A stretch of 63,554 bases of DNA, counting the filler. It is 3 parts of 3 records of this genome, joined end to end, with 100 filler letters (N's around TTAATTAATTAA, not from the genome) between each part and the next. Parts side by side here need not be neighbours in the genome. Positions count along the whole stretch, not along the records: positions 1 to 31,712 come from SRR22947725_5528; 2 more parts are not named here. One strand, written 5' to 3'. The first letter of the stretch is position 1; every line of letters starts with the position of its first letter. Positions 10,515 to 20,398 of the stretch are shown here, one piece after another. The position numbers and the translations under genes were made by a program. Below the pieces are notes generated by a model. That model searched no databases. It saw nothing but the letters and a program-made list of their open reading frames with translations, and was not told the origin of the DNA.

Positions 10515-11978
10515 TTATTGGTCTTCGTCGACCGGGGGCAAAAGAATGATTCCCGTGGCCAGCGAAAGCCCACTCAGGCGCTGCGGGGACAAGACAGAGT
10601 CCAGCTCTGCTTCATCCATCAAGCCCTGGGCAATAACCAGTTCCCGAACTGTTCCACCGCCGGCAAGCGCTTCGTGCGCAATCGCAGCAGATTTCACATA
10701 CCCGATGTAGGGAGTGAGAGCTGTCACTACCCCCACGCTTTCCTCAACCATCTGGCGCAGGCGATCTTCATTGGCCGTAATCCCATCGATGCAGTTGAGG
10801 CGGAGGGTTTTACACGCATTGGTCAACCAGACCAGGGACTGCATCAGCGATGAGGCGATGATGGGCTCGAAGGCGTTGAGTTGCAATTGCCCCGCCTCGG
10901 AGGCGGCCGTCACCGTGGCATCAGAACCAATAACCGCAAACGCTACCTGGTTCACCACCTCCGGGATGACCGGATTCACCTTGCCCGGCATAATCGAGGA
11001 CCCTGCCTGGCGAGCGGGGAGATTAATCTCACCAAAACCTGCCTGAGGCCCACTGGAAAGCAGTCGAAGATCGTTACAGATTTTTGACAGTTTCACTGCG
11101 GCCCGCTTAAGGGTTCCCGACAGGGTCATAAACACACCGGCGTCACTGGTGGCTTCAATGAGGTCGGGGGCCGTTCGAATATCGAGGCCGGTCAGCTCCG
11201 CAAGGTGGGCACGCACGGCTTCGGGATACCGGGGATCGGCCGTAATGCCCGTGCCGATTGCTGTCGCCCCCAGGTTCACCTCGCACAGAAACGGGATTGT
11301 TTCGTGGATTCGCTCGTGATCTTCCACCAGGGTCGTGGCAAATCCGCCAAACTCTTGCCCCAGCGTCATCGGCACAGCGTCCTGGAGCTGTGTCCGTCCC
11401 ACTTTCAATACGTCGACAAATTCCCGGCTCTTTGCTGCAAAAGACTCCGCAAGAAGCTTGTGTTCGGCATAGAGACGCCCCACACCAAACACCATCCCCA
11501 GCTTGATAGCGCTGGGATACACGTCGTTCGTGCTTTGGGACCGGTTCACATCATCTATCGGGTGCAGGTGCTGGTAATCGCCTTTTTCAAAGCCCATTAT
11601 TTCCAGGCCACGGTTGGCAATGACTTCGTTGGCGCACATATTTGTGGATGTCCCCGCCCCGCCCTGGACTGCACCCAAGACAAACTGCTCGTGGAGTTTC
11701 CCGGCAACAAGCTCTTCGCAGACCTGATCAATAATCTCCGCCTTCTTCGAAGAGAGCACTCCGATGTCTCGGTTTGCTCTCGCCGCTGCCTGCTTCACCC
11801 TTGCGAGACCGCGAATCATGTCTGGATAGTTCGAGATGGCACGCCGGGTAATCGGAAAGTTGTCCAGCGCGCGAGCGGTGTGTATGCCCCAATAGGCCTG
11901 GGCAGGAACTTCAAGCTCTCCCAAGGAGTCTTTTTCCCGCCGCATCGGAGTATCTTCAGGATGGGCACTCTCGTCCAT
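10515..11978 (-). CDS. aspA: Aspartate ammonia-lyase
   Basis: Fumarate-lyase signature GSSIMPGKVNP, QGGAGTSTNM, GRTQLQDAVP, GQLQLNAFEP. Start likely ATG 11978 rather than 12089. Confidence 0.92.
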   Translation of the reverse strand: MDESAHPEDTPMRREKDSLGELEVPAQAYWGIHTARALDNFPITRRAISNYPDMIRGLARVKQAAARANRDIGVLSSKKAEIIDQVCEELVAGKLHEQFVLGAVQGGAGTSTNMCANEVIANRGLEIMGFEKGDYQHLHPIDDVNRSQSTNDVYPSAIKLGMVFGVGRLYAEHKLLAESFAAKSREFVDVLKVGRTQLQDAVPMTLGQEFGGFATTLVEDHERIHETIPFLCEVNLGATAIGTGITADPRYPEAVRAHLAELTGLDIRTAPDLIEATSDAGVFMTLSGTLKRAAVKLSKICNDLRLLSSGPQAGFGEINLPARQAGSSIMPGKVNPVIPEVVNQVAFAVIGSDATVTAASEAGQLQLNAFEPIIASSLMQSLVWLTNACKTLRLNCIDGITANEDRLRQMVEESVGVVTALTPYIGYVKSAAIAHEALAGGGTVRELVIAQGLMDEAELDSVLSPQRLSGLSLATGIILLPPVDEDQ

Positions 11979-12180
11979 CCCCGGTCGATATATTGCGTGT
12001 CCGTCGCCTTCTACCGAGATTGAAGGACCGGGACCTGTGGTCTTCACCACAACACCACCTCTCTGTGGTGGGCGCTGATGCGCCCTCAACCACAGTGTAG
12101 GAGCCCACGCTCACATCGTGGCTCACCCACTGCGCTGTTACGCTATCGACACTTCCCGCTATTGAGAATAGGAACCCGAG

Positions 12181-12438
12181 ATGTCTGAATCCGCCCCCAT
12201 TGATTTCTATGGCGCCAGCTGGTGCGGAGACTGCGTGCGCGCACAAGCCCTGCTCGAGCACTACGGCGTAGCCCTCGAGTATCACGATATTGAAGCGAGC
12301 GATTCTGATAAAGCGAAAGCTATTGAACTTTCCGGTCGGCCCAACATCCCCGTCCTCGCGTTCTCGGATGGAACGGTATTGACCGAACCAAGCAACCCGC
12401 TGTTGAACGAAAAACTGACTGCTTTGGGACTGATCTAA
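12181..12438 (+). CDS. Mycoredoxin/glutaredoxin-like protein
   Basis: WCGDC active site; IPVLAFSDG...LTEPS. Confidence 0.85.
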   Translation: MSESAPIDFYGASWCGDCVRAQALLEHYGVALEYHDIEASDSDKAKAIELSGRPNIPVLAFSDGTVLTEPSNPLLNEKLTALGLI

Positions 12439-12469
12439 CTTAGTCAGCCCACCACCATAGGCTCGGACT

Positions 12470-14125
12470 ATGCACTACCTGGATGACGCTTCATGGGTTA
12501 TCTCCGCGAGTGACCTCACCGCCTTTTCGCACTGCCCCTGGCGGCTTGCGCACACGATAGACGCGAAGCTTGGCAAAGTGGAGCGGGCATCAGACATAGC
12601 CGATCCGATGATGGAGCTTGTCGCCGAATTGGGCCTCGCCCACGAAGCCCGCACCCTGGAGCAACTCACGCTTGCCCTGGACCTCGTAGTAGAGATTCCC
12701 TACAATCAAGCGCCCTACGACTCGGGTGCGCAGGCGTGGCGGAAAGCCATTCAGTCATCGTGTGATGCGACTGTTGTGGCTCTGCATTCCGAGGCTGACG
12801 CGTTGTTTCAAGCCACCTTCTATCAGCCTCAACTCCCCGGGACAGCATTAGCAATCGGGTTTCAAGGATTTGCCGATTTCATTGTCCGCGATGGTGGGTC
12901 GTGGGAAGTGTGGGATACCAAGCTTGCTAGGCGGGCCAAAGATCCTGCCCTTATCCAGCTTGCGGCCTACGCTGACCAGCTTCATCACATGGGAATCTCC
13001 ACCTCCCCCACAGTGAGGCTTATCCTTGGCGATGGCACTGCCAGCATTCACGCCATCGATGACCTGTTACCCGCATTCTTTGCCATCCGCGACGATGTGC
13101 TCGCCCTCATCGAAGACCGATGCCTTGACTCTGAGCCCCTGCCCTGGGGCTCAGAGAAGTATTTCGCCTGCGGTAGCGCCGGTTGCGCCGAGTGCCAGGA
13201 GGCGATTGCTCGTCACGATGACCTCTTCCAGATCGCTGGCCTCCGGAGAGTCCAACGAGACCGCCTGCGGAGCGCCGGTTTTCTGACAATGACACGCCTC
13301 GGCCACGCCACGCAGGACGAGGTCAGAGCAGCGACGCGAGGGATTGGGCGAGAAACCCTGATCGCCCTCCACCGGCAAGCACGACTCCAGGTGCTTACCT
13401 CCGAAGCGAATCCCCCAGCCGTGGCCTGGGAGGTGCTTTCTGCTTCCACCGTGAAAAATATTCCCCCCGCAAGCCGGGGAGACTTGTTCTTTGATTTCGA
13501 GGGTGACCCCACCTATCAAGAGTGGGACCCGCAAGGGCGGCCTGTCACCGACGCCGGAGGCGATGCGGCAGTGAGATTCGGGGTGGAATACCTTTTTGGA
13601 ATATGGGGGGACGCAGTTAACCCTGGGGCTGATAATCCGGATTTTCTGGCGCTCTGGGCGGACAACTTCGAAGAAGAAAAGGCAGTGCTCGAGCAGTTCT
13701 GCGCTCTGGTGTCCACCCGGCGCGAGGCCCACCCCGATATGCGGGTTTACCACTATGCGGCCTACGAGAGAACCAAGCTTCGTCAGTTGCGAACCCGGCA
13801 TAACACCGCTCACGACTGCGTGGAGCGGCTGCTGGGGGAACTATTGGTGGACCTTTACCCCATCGTGACCAAGGCAGTGGCGGTGGGGCTCCCCCGTTAC
13901 GGTCTCAAAGCCTTGGAGGCGATCTACCTCCCTACGGGCACTCGGACCGGCATCGCTGGGGGTGGAGAATCTGTTGTTGCTTTTTATCGCTACCAGCAAC
14001 TGCGTGCCGCAGCAGACGCAACCGGGGCTGCGGAACTCAAAAACAGCATTCTTGGGTATAACGAAATCGACTGCTACTCAACCAAACTTCTGCGGGACTG
14101 GCTGCTCGCCCTGGTAGAGAGCTAA
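12470..14125 (+). CDS. TM0106 family RecB-like nuclease with C-terminal RNase H-like domain
   Basis: ISASDL, GFADFI...VWDTKL, QLAAY (PD-(D/E)xK core); FFDFEGDP, YHYAAYE, YNEIDC. Confidence 0.85.
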   Translation: MHYLDDASWVISASDLTAFSHCPWRLAHTIDAKLGKVERASDIADPMMELVAELGLAHEARTLEQLTLALDLVVEIPYNQAPYDSGAQAWRKAIQSSCDATVVALHSEADALFQATFYQPQLPGTALAIGFQGFADFIVRDGGSWEVWDTKLARRAKDPALIQLAAYADQLHHMGISTSPTVRLILGDGTASIHAIDDLLPAFFAIRDDVLALIEDRCLDSEPLPWGSEKYFACGSAGCAECQEAIARHDDLFQIAGLRRVQRDRLRSAGFLTMTRLGHATQDEVRAATRGIGRETLIALHRQARLQVLTSEANPPAVAWEVLSASTVKNIPPASRGDLFFDFEGDPTYQEWDPQGRPVTDAGGDAAVRFGVEYLFGIWGDAVNPGADNPDFLALWADNFEEEKAVLEQFCALVSTRREAHPDMRVYHYAAYERTKLRQLRTRHNTAHDCVERLLGELLVDLYPIVTKAVAVGLPRYGLKALEAIYLPTGTRTGIAGGGESVVAFYRYQQLRAAADATGAAELKNSILGYNEIDCYSTKLLRDWLLALVES

Positions 14126-15039
14126 ACGAAGCGGATACGGGCCCTGAGTTGCTCCCGCAGCTCAAACATGTCATCGCCTACCAAAGATGCCCTCGCCCCA
14201 AATTCGGACTCCTGCAGAAGGCCAGCAAGCGCTCCTCGCCTGACCAAGGAAACGGGCAAGCCTCTGGCCCGTCCCACCTCCGTCAGTGGTGCGGCCGCGT
14301 CGGAAGGGGGGACCACGTAGGCCAAGGCACTAAAGCGAACACCCAGTGAGCGCTGCAGCTTCTTCACCATGCCCGCCAGCTCTTTGACCGGCTTTTCCCC
14401 CTTGGCTAAGCCCTCGCCAACGATTTCACCCCGAGCCACCTCTACCGGTGCCGCCCAGTCTTCGCTCTGAATAGCCCACAACCGACTAGGGCCGAGGACT
14501 ACATGGTCAATCTTCCAGGCCCCAGTGCTCCGTGAGCCCTCCACCACTACGTCGTGCCACACCTCAAATCCTGGGCCAAGCCCGGCCAGGACGGTGGCAG
14601 TTTCTTCCTCGGCAATTGCCGCGTGAAGAATATGTCTCACGGCAGCGGGCGCTCTCCTCACAATGTCCGGATCAAAGACGTTTTCTACGTGCACCCCTCG
14701 TCCCAGCCATTCTCGAACCTCCATCCCAAAGCGTTCCCGGAACCAACCGCCAGGATGCCCGTGGCTCCTGGCTCCCACCCGTGAGGTGTCAGAGGAGGGT
14801 TTCCTTGTCGAGGCTGTGGCTCTTGGCACTCGAGAAGAACCAGTGGGGCTTTCGGGTGCCAAGGGCAGAGATTCCACCACAACCCATGCTTCTTGGACTG
14901 CCGTGAATTGCTCCAAGCTGCCGCCGCTATCGGGGTGGGCATTCCGGAGCGCCTTCCGGTAGGCACGTTTAAGCTCTTGCGCAGTGGACGTTGCATCAAC
15001 GCCCAACAGGGCATATGCCTCGCGTCGTGAAATCACCAC
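14122..15039 (-). CDS. J-domain protein fused to a NERD-like domain
   Basis: YALLGV...ELKRAYRKALRNAHPD; C-terminal VWHDV...IDHVVLGPS. Confidence 0.82.
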   Translation of the reverse strand: MVISRREAYALLGVDATSTAQELKRAYRKALRNAHPDSGGSLEQFTAVQEAWVVVESLPLAPESPTGSSRVPRATASTRKPSSDTSRVGARSHGHPGGWFRERFGMEVREWLGRGVHVENVFDPDIVRRAPAAVRHILHAAIAEEETATVLAGLGPGFEVWHDVVVEGSRSTGAWKIDHVVLGPSRLWAIQSEDWAAPVEVARGEIVGEGLAKGEKPVKELAGMVKKLQRSLGVRFSALAYVVPPSDAAAPLTEVGRARGLPVSLVRRGALAGLLQESEFGARASLVGDDMFELREQLRARIRFV

Positions 15040-15080
15040 AGCCCCTTGAGATGTTGTTGTTCCATGGTAGGAAATTGCGT

Positions 15081-15569
15081 TTAGTTTCGCCTGAGTGTCT
15101 GGAAGTTCAAATCCGCAGTGTGCACGGTGTTCTCAGGGGTAATTTCGATGGTTGCTTCCAGGTACTCGCCCGCCAACACTCTGGGCAGCCACAGCTGCGC
15201 GTCGGCCCACATCCGCTCCAGGGGAAGCTTCTCCCGTGGCCACCACGCTGGGGCAAGTTCGAGAGAGTTCTTCGGTTCTCCCTGGAATGTGCGGCACACG
15301 AAAGCATGAGAGCGCTGGGAAAGCTCGGGACGCCCGAGGAAGGGGTAGGTGATGGTGGCCAAAGGAACAAGAGATCCCGGCGCCAGTTCTATACCCACTT
15401 CCTCCCACACCTCTCGAAGTGCCGTTTCCACCGGTGACTCGTGCGCTTCTCGCTTTCCACCGGGCCCCACAATTTTTCCGCGCCCAAGCCCCGTGAGTTT
15501 TTCCCCCAGCAACACTTTTTCATCGTGGGCTGGGCCGGACACGATATAGACGACGGACACTTCCAGCAC
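15081..15569 (-). CDS. NUDIX hydrolase (8-oxo-dGTPase-like)
   Basis: Nudix box GGKREAHESPVETALREVWEEVG; MWADAQLWLP. The second GTG (15569) fits a leaderless promoter. Confidence 0.88.
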   Translation of the reverse strand: MLEVSVVYIVSGPAHDEKVLLGEKLTGLGRGKIVGPGGKREAHESPVETALREVWEEVGIELAPGSLVPLATITYPFLGRPELSQRSHAFVCRTFQGEPKNSLELAPAWWPREKLPLERMWADAQLWLPRVLAGEYLEATIEITPENTVHTADLNFQTLRRN

Positions 15570-15620
15570 CACTCCAGGCTAACCGTCGTTGAAGGCTGAT
15601 GGCTTCGGTAGCCTAAGGGT

Positions 15621-16319
15621 GTGCGCGAAACCTTCCTCGAAACCCCTGGCAGCGACCGACCGTCGCGTTTCCGACTGCTGACCTCCGCAGTGAGCATGGT
15701 CGTCGCAGTTGTGGTGGCCATCGCCTGCGGTGTGAAACTTATCGACTATGTGGCGGGAGAGGGTGTGCCGGTTGAGCGCAGCCATGCCTACTTCGCCGCA
15801 CTGGTGGCCATTATTTCTTTCTTTGTCCTATCAATATCTGCACTCACGGGGACACGAGGAACCAGGGATGGCCCGCGAGTTGCCTCGGCCCGGGCGGCCC
15901 TTGCGTTGTATGGGGCGGCCGTGTTGTTGACCCACACGACGCTATTTGCGATTACCCCCATCGTTGTGAGCAGCCCTCCAGAAGCTCAAACCTGGCCTGA
16001 CACGATCATTGAGTTTGTCCTCCCTGGCTACTTGGTTGCAGAGTGGATCCTGAATCCTCTTCGAGCCCGGATCTCGCGTTCAGCACCTTTTATTGCGCTC
16101 CTCTTTCCCGCATCCTGGGTTATTGTCGGCACAATACTGGCGCAAACGACAGGTTGGCGGGTGAACCCAGCACTTGATTTTTGGGGCGCGGAGAACATTC
16201 TGGTTCCGATCGCTTACCTGGTGGCCGTTGGTGTTTCCCTTTTTGTCATCGCCCTTTTCCTTCTGATGGTCAACCGCATTCATTACCGCCTTTTCCCGAA
16301 GAACCTCTTCGAGTCGTAG
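15621..16319 (+). CDS. Integral membrane protein, divergent Pr6Pr / FAR-17a-AIG1-like
   Basis: About six hydrophobic segments; xxxxPxxLxxEW and GWxxxPxLD patterns recall Pr6Pr proteins; TAGCCT 6 nt before the GTG. Confidence 0.6.
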   Translation: MRETFLETPGSDRPSRFRLLTSAVSMVVAVVVAIACGVKLIDYVAGEGVPVERSHAYFAALVAIISFFVLSISALTGTRGTRDGPRVASARAALALYGAAVLLTHTTLFAITPIVVSSPPEAQTWPDTIIEFVLPGYLVAEWILNPLRARISRSAPFIALLFPASWVIVGTILAQTTGWRVNPALDFWGAENILVPIAYLVAVGVSLFVIALFLLMVNRIHYRLFPKNLFES

Positions 16320-16372
16320 TGTCAGTGGTCGCTGGAATGGTGCTAACACCCCAGATTCCGGCCGGAGGACCG

Positions 16373-16573
16373 ATGACCACCCTGTTTTGTGACCCACCTC
16401 CATCTTGTCCAAGGTGTGAAGCCGAGGGCGCACTCCCCCTCATTTTTGGAACGCCCTCTCGCGAGATGCTCATCGCGGAACAATTAGGCCAGATTGCTTT
16501 GGGTGGGCCGATTGACGACGCCAAGAATTTGGAATGGGCGTGCCCAGGCCGTTCGTGCCGGAGCTATTTCTAA
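16373..16573 (+). CDS. Small putative Zn-ribbon protein (66 aa)
   Basis: GGAGG before ATG 16373; CPRC...IFGTP...GQIALGG...WACPGRSC; stop overlaps the convergent helicase stop. Confidence 0.7.
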   Translation: MTTLFCDPPPSCPRCEAEGALPLIFGTPSREMLIAEQLGQIALGGPIDDAKNLEWACPGRSCRSYF

Positions 16574-18708
16574 AGCCCCACGCGCGTCTCAAGTGCCACT
16601 GTGAGCAGTGCGATGAGAGCGCCAACCTGCATTGTCACCTCAACGCCGGCATCCGTTTCTTCCCCATCCAGCGCACGGGCTGCCAGACCGGACTTTTGAT
16701 CGATGAGCTCGGCAATGCGCGCATCCACGGTCTGTGCCGCAACGATGCGCCACGCGGTTACTGGGAGTTCCTGCCCGATGCGGTGAACGCGATCGATGGC
16801 TTGGGTTTGCTCGGCACTCGTCCAGGAAAGTTCAGCCAGGACCACGTTAGAGGCGGCCTGGAGGTTCACTCCCACACCCGCGGCAAGGAGGGAACACACG
16901 ATGACCTGGACAGTGTCATCGTTGGTAAAAGCATCGATGGCGCTCTGGCGTTGCGCAGAGCTCTGGTCGCCTCGAATGGAGGTGGTGGTGATTCCCACCG
17001 AAGCAAAATGAGCTTCTGCGGCGTCAAGAACATCGATGTGTTTGGCAAAGAAGACCACTTTGCCCACGTTACGGGCCAATTGAGCGGTGTAATCCGCTGC
17101 CATGACCGCTTTGGCCTGGCCAATTTTTCGCACCAGGGTAAAGACGTTGTCGCCGGAATCATCCTGCTTGGTCTCGTCAATTTCCGAGGTGGCCACCAGA
17201 CGCACCAGGTCATTGTCGATCTCGTCACTTTCGGCACCACGTGCCTTGATGACCCGGTCATACCTCTCGAGCAAACGGGCGATGAGTGTGCGTTCGGCCT
17301 CGACAATGGAGCGCCCTGCTTCGCCATCGAGTTCGATGGGAATATCTGCGACTCGTCGGGCAGGAATATCTTTAGCGACATCCTGCTTTTTCCGGCGCAC
17401 AATACCCATGGAAATTACGGCTTTGCGGGCTTCGAAAAAGAATCCCGTATCGGCAGGCGTGAGACCCGTTGCCTCAAGCTTTGCCATCAGCTCTCGCATG
17501 GGCTTTTTTTCATCGATCCAACCCAAGAACTGCCAAATCATCCGGAAATCCTCGATCTGGTTAATGAGAGGGGTTCCCGTCAAGGCCACGAGGAGCGGGT
17601 GTCGCAACCGTGCCCGAATGGTCTTCGCAACCGCCTGAACTGCCTTCGAGCGCTGCGAATCCTTGTTTTTGATGAAATGCGCTTCGTCGACGACCATTCC
17701 GCGGAAATCAAACTTGGAGAGCCATCCCACGTGACGGTCAAGAATGTCGTAGTTCACAATGAAGACATCACTAAACGCATTGAGCTCAACACCGTCACCG
17801 TGCACAACGGTGGGGCGCCGGCCGGGCAACCACTGGTTTACCTCGCGCAACCAATTTGTTTTCACGACATTGGGAACAACGACCAACAAGGGAAAAGCTC
17901 CCGCCGTTTCCGCAGCAATCAACGCTTGGGCGGTTTTTCCCAGACCAGGCTCATCGGCGAGCAAGAAACTGCGGTGGCCTTCCCTGGCGCTTTCGACAAA
18001 TTCTGATTGGTGAACCATCAAGTCCAGACCACCAGGGGTGGCCAGTTCACCTGCAGGCGGCAGCGCCATACTGGCAACGCCCCCTCCGGTTCCCTGTTCA
18101 AAAGACCGAAACAGAGGCTCAATGAGCTCCCAGTTCAATAACAGACCTTCGGCAGAAGCCTGTGGCTTCTGATACGCGGCGAAGTCTGGCGACATAAAGG
18201 GGTTTGCCAGCTGCGCTTGGCGCACCGATGCTGGAACAACCTGTTTAGCCACATCGGCAGCGGGAGCTGCTACCTCGTCCACGATCACCAGGTCAGCTGG
18301 TTGAAGAACAGCGCCGGAGGCAACAAGAAAGTCTCGCCTCATTTTCTTTGCCGCGTCCGAGATTTTTGCCTCGGGTGCGAGTAACGCAATGAGAGTGGTG
18401 TCCTTGGCCGCTGTTTTGGCCATGATTCCGGCTAGCCCGTCGAGGCGCTTTAGTGCTTCCTGCTTCTGCGCTGCAGAAGCGGCAGTATCATCTTTGGCTC
18501 TTTGGCGTTCTTCCCGAACCAGTAGTGCGGCAACCTGAAACTTGGTGCGGTTGTGGCCGGCTACTTTTCCGCGCGAAGCCGAGGACTCGACTTCGCGCAC
18601 CGCACGCGCCAAGACGGGAATGATTCCCTCATCATCGAGGGGCTTTTTCCGTCCGCGTTTAGCGCTTGCATTGCGCGAGGAATTTCTAGTGGGGCCTTGG
18701 GGGGCCAT
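16570..18708 (-). CDS. SNF2-family DEAH helicase/ATPase
   Basis: LADEPGLGKT, VDEAH, LTGTP, GVGVNL, QAIDRVHRIGQ; start at ATG 18708 after AAGGAG. Confidence 0.92.
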   Translation of the reverse strand: MAPQGPTRNSSRNASAKRGRKKPLDDEGIIPVLARAVREVESSASRGKVAGHNRTKFQVAALLVREERQRAKDDTAASAAQKQEALKRLDGLAGIMAKTAAKDTTLIALLAPEAKISDAAKKMRRDFLVASGAVLQPADLVIVDEVAAPAADVAKQVVPASVRQAQLANPFMSPDFAAYQKPQASAEGLLLNWELIEPLFRSFEQGTGGGVASMALPPAGELATPGGLDLMVHQSEFVESAREGHRSFLLADEPGLGKTAQALIAAETAGAFPLLVVVPNVVKTNWLREVNQWLPGRRPTVVHGDGVELNAFSDVFIVNYDILDRHVGWLSKFDFRGMVVDEAHFIKNKDSQRSKAVQAVAKTIRARLRHPLLVALTGTPLINQIEDFRMIWQFLGWIDEKKPMRELMAKLEATGLTPADTGFFFEARKAVISMGIVRRKKQDVAKDIPARRVADIPIELDGEAGRSIVEAERTLIARLLERYDRVIKARGAESDEIDNDLVRLVATSEIDETKQDDSGDNVFTLVRKIGQAKAVMAADYTAQLARNVGKVVFFAKHIDVLDAAEAHFASVGITTTSIRGDQSSAQRQSAIDAFTNDDTVQVIVCSLLAAGVGVNLQAASNVVLAELSWTSAEQTQAIDRVHRIGQELPVTAWRIVAAQTVDARIAELIDQKSGLAARALDGEETDAGVEVTMQVGALIALLTVALETRVGL

Positions 18709-18841
18709 TCTTCTCCTTGGGAACCGGGCGAGTGATGGTGTTAATGAGTCACTCATCTCATAAGTCCAGCGCTTCACCTGGAGCGAAGCTGACACACAGA
18801 ATCAGACCTGAACGGGAACCGTCTCAGTGATCGGCATGTCC

Positions 18842-20341
18842 CTAGAGTCTACCCCGGTCTGGGAGTGAGGATGTCCCACCTGTGGAGGAAAGTAATGATG
18901 CCTTTTTCGCCATAGCACTGGCCATTCCGGTGAACACGATTCCGTGAAAGGGCATCACCGCTAGCCAATACAACCTGCCGCCCAGCCCGTGGGGGAAAAA
19001 AATCGCTCTCTGATGCAAAACACTGCCGCCGGAGGGGCCCGGACTGACCGTGAACTCCAGCCAAGCGAGCCCCGGCAATTTCATTTCTGCGCGCAAGCGC
19101 AGGAAACGCCCGCTCTCGATTTCTTCAACTCGCCAAAAATCCAAGGCATCCCCCGTAACGAGCGCGTCGGGGTCGCGACGCCCTCGACGCAGTCCCACGC
19201 CACCCACAAGTTTGTCGAGCCAGCCCCTCGCCGCCCAGGCGACAGGAAGTGAATACCACCCGTTATCCCCACCGATGCTTTCCACCACCCGCCAGAGCTC
19301 TTCCGGGCTCCCCTGTGAAGAAAACTCCTGGGCATCGGTGAACACCGTATGCCCGGCCCATTCAGGGTCAGAGGGCAGCGGGTCCGCGGGGGCACCGATA
19401 ACCGGCGTGTTCCGCCACGAAGTATCAACGTCTCCGGTCCGCATTCGCGCAAGTGCCAACCGGACTGCTCGTCGATACCCGATAAGCCCCTCGGCGGGCG
19501 GGGGGATAACCGCGTCAATGTCATGGTTTTTCATCACCGCATCGTGCAAAAGCGATTCAATAATGGGCACTGCTAGTGCGCGAGGAATCGGCGTCACCAG
19601 ATTGACCCACTGCGAAGCCAACCAAGGAGTAAGTACCGGCAAGGAGGCAATCGCACGCTGCTTGAGCCCAGCTTCGAGGGCATAGCCATTCATCAGCTGC
19701 CCGTACCGGAAAACATCCGGACCTCCAATGTCGAGAGCCCGATTCACTTCTTTCGGGAGCGAAGCGGCGGACACCAGGTAGTGCAGAACATCGCGAATGG
19801 CAATGGGCTGGATAAAGTTCCGCACCCATTTCGGCGCTGGCATGTAGGGCAAGACCTCGGTGAGGTGTCGGATCATCTCGAAGCTGGCTGAACCCGAGCC
19901 GATAATCACCCCTGCCTGCAAGGCAACGGTGGGCACGCCTGAACCCAGAAGGATTTCCCCCACCTCTTTTCGCGAGCCAAGGTGTCTGGACAATGGTCCA
20001 TCCGGATGGAGGCCACCAAGATACACAATCCGTGACACACCGGCAGCCAGCGCTTCGGTGGCGATGACGGTGGCAACTTGACGCTCAAGAGCCTCAAGAT
20101 CCCCGGCAGCGGACATCGAGTGCACGAGGTAGTAGACAACATCCTGACCGGCAACAGCGGCACGAACATTGTCCGGGTGCAATAGGTCACCCTGGACAAT
20201 TTCGACCTGTTCGCGCCAGGGCACATTGTCTAACCGGTGCGGTTCCCGTGCAATCACGCGCACACTGTGACCGGCTTCCAGAAGCTTCGGGACAAGACGT
20301 CCACCTACATACCCCGTTGCGCCGGTGACAAGAACCTTCAT
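18842..20341 (-). CDS. Atypical SDR oxidoreductase with C-terminal DUF2867 (YbjT-like)
   Basis: VTGATGYVG, HLGSR, GSGSASFEM; LDFWRV...LRAEMKLPG. Confidence 0.88.
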   Translation of the reverse strand: MKVLVTGATGYVGGRLVPKLLEAGHSVRVIAREPHRLDNVPWREQVEIVQGDLLHPDNVRAAVAGQDVVYYLVHSMSAAGDLEALERQVATVIATEALAAGVSRIVYLGGLHPDGPLSRHLGSRKEVGEILLGSGVPTVALQAGVIIGSGSASFEMIRHLTEVLPYMPAPKWVRNFIQPIAIRDVLHYLVSAASLPKEVNRALDIGGPDVFRYGQLMNGYALEAGLKQRAIASLPVLTPWLASQWVNLVTPIPRALAVPIIESLLHDAVMKNHDIDAVIPPPAEGLIGYRRAVRLALARMRTGDVDTSWRNTPVIGAPADPLPSDPEWAGHTVFTDAQEFSSQGSPEELWRVVESIGGDNGWYSLPVAWAARGWLDKLVGGVGLRRGRRDPDALVTGDALDFWRVEEIESGRFLRLRAEMKLPGLAWLEFTVSPGPSGGSVLHQRAIFFPHGLGGRLYWLAVMPFHGIVFTGMASAMAKKASLLSSTGGTSSLPDRGRL

Positions 20342-20398
20342 GACTGAACCCTAGAGCCGGTGGCTGGGAAACACATCCCCATTCGCTAGCGTGGGTGG

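Noticed and set aside
12470-18708. Nuclease, J-NERD, NUDIX and SNF2 genes as a single anti-phage island
   Set aside because: The genes alternate strands, have separate promoters, match host composition and have no mobility genes nearby; they are treated as separate observations.
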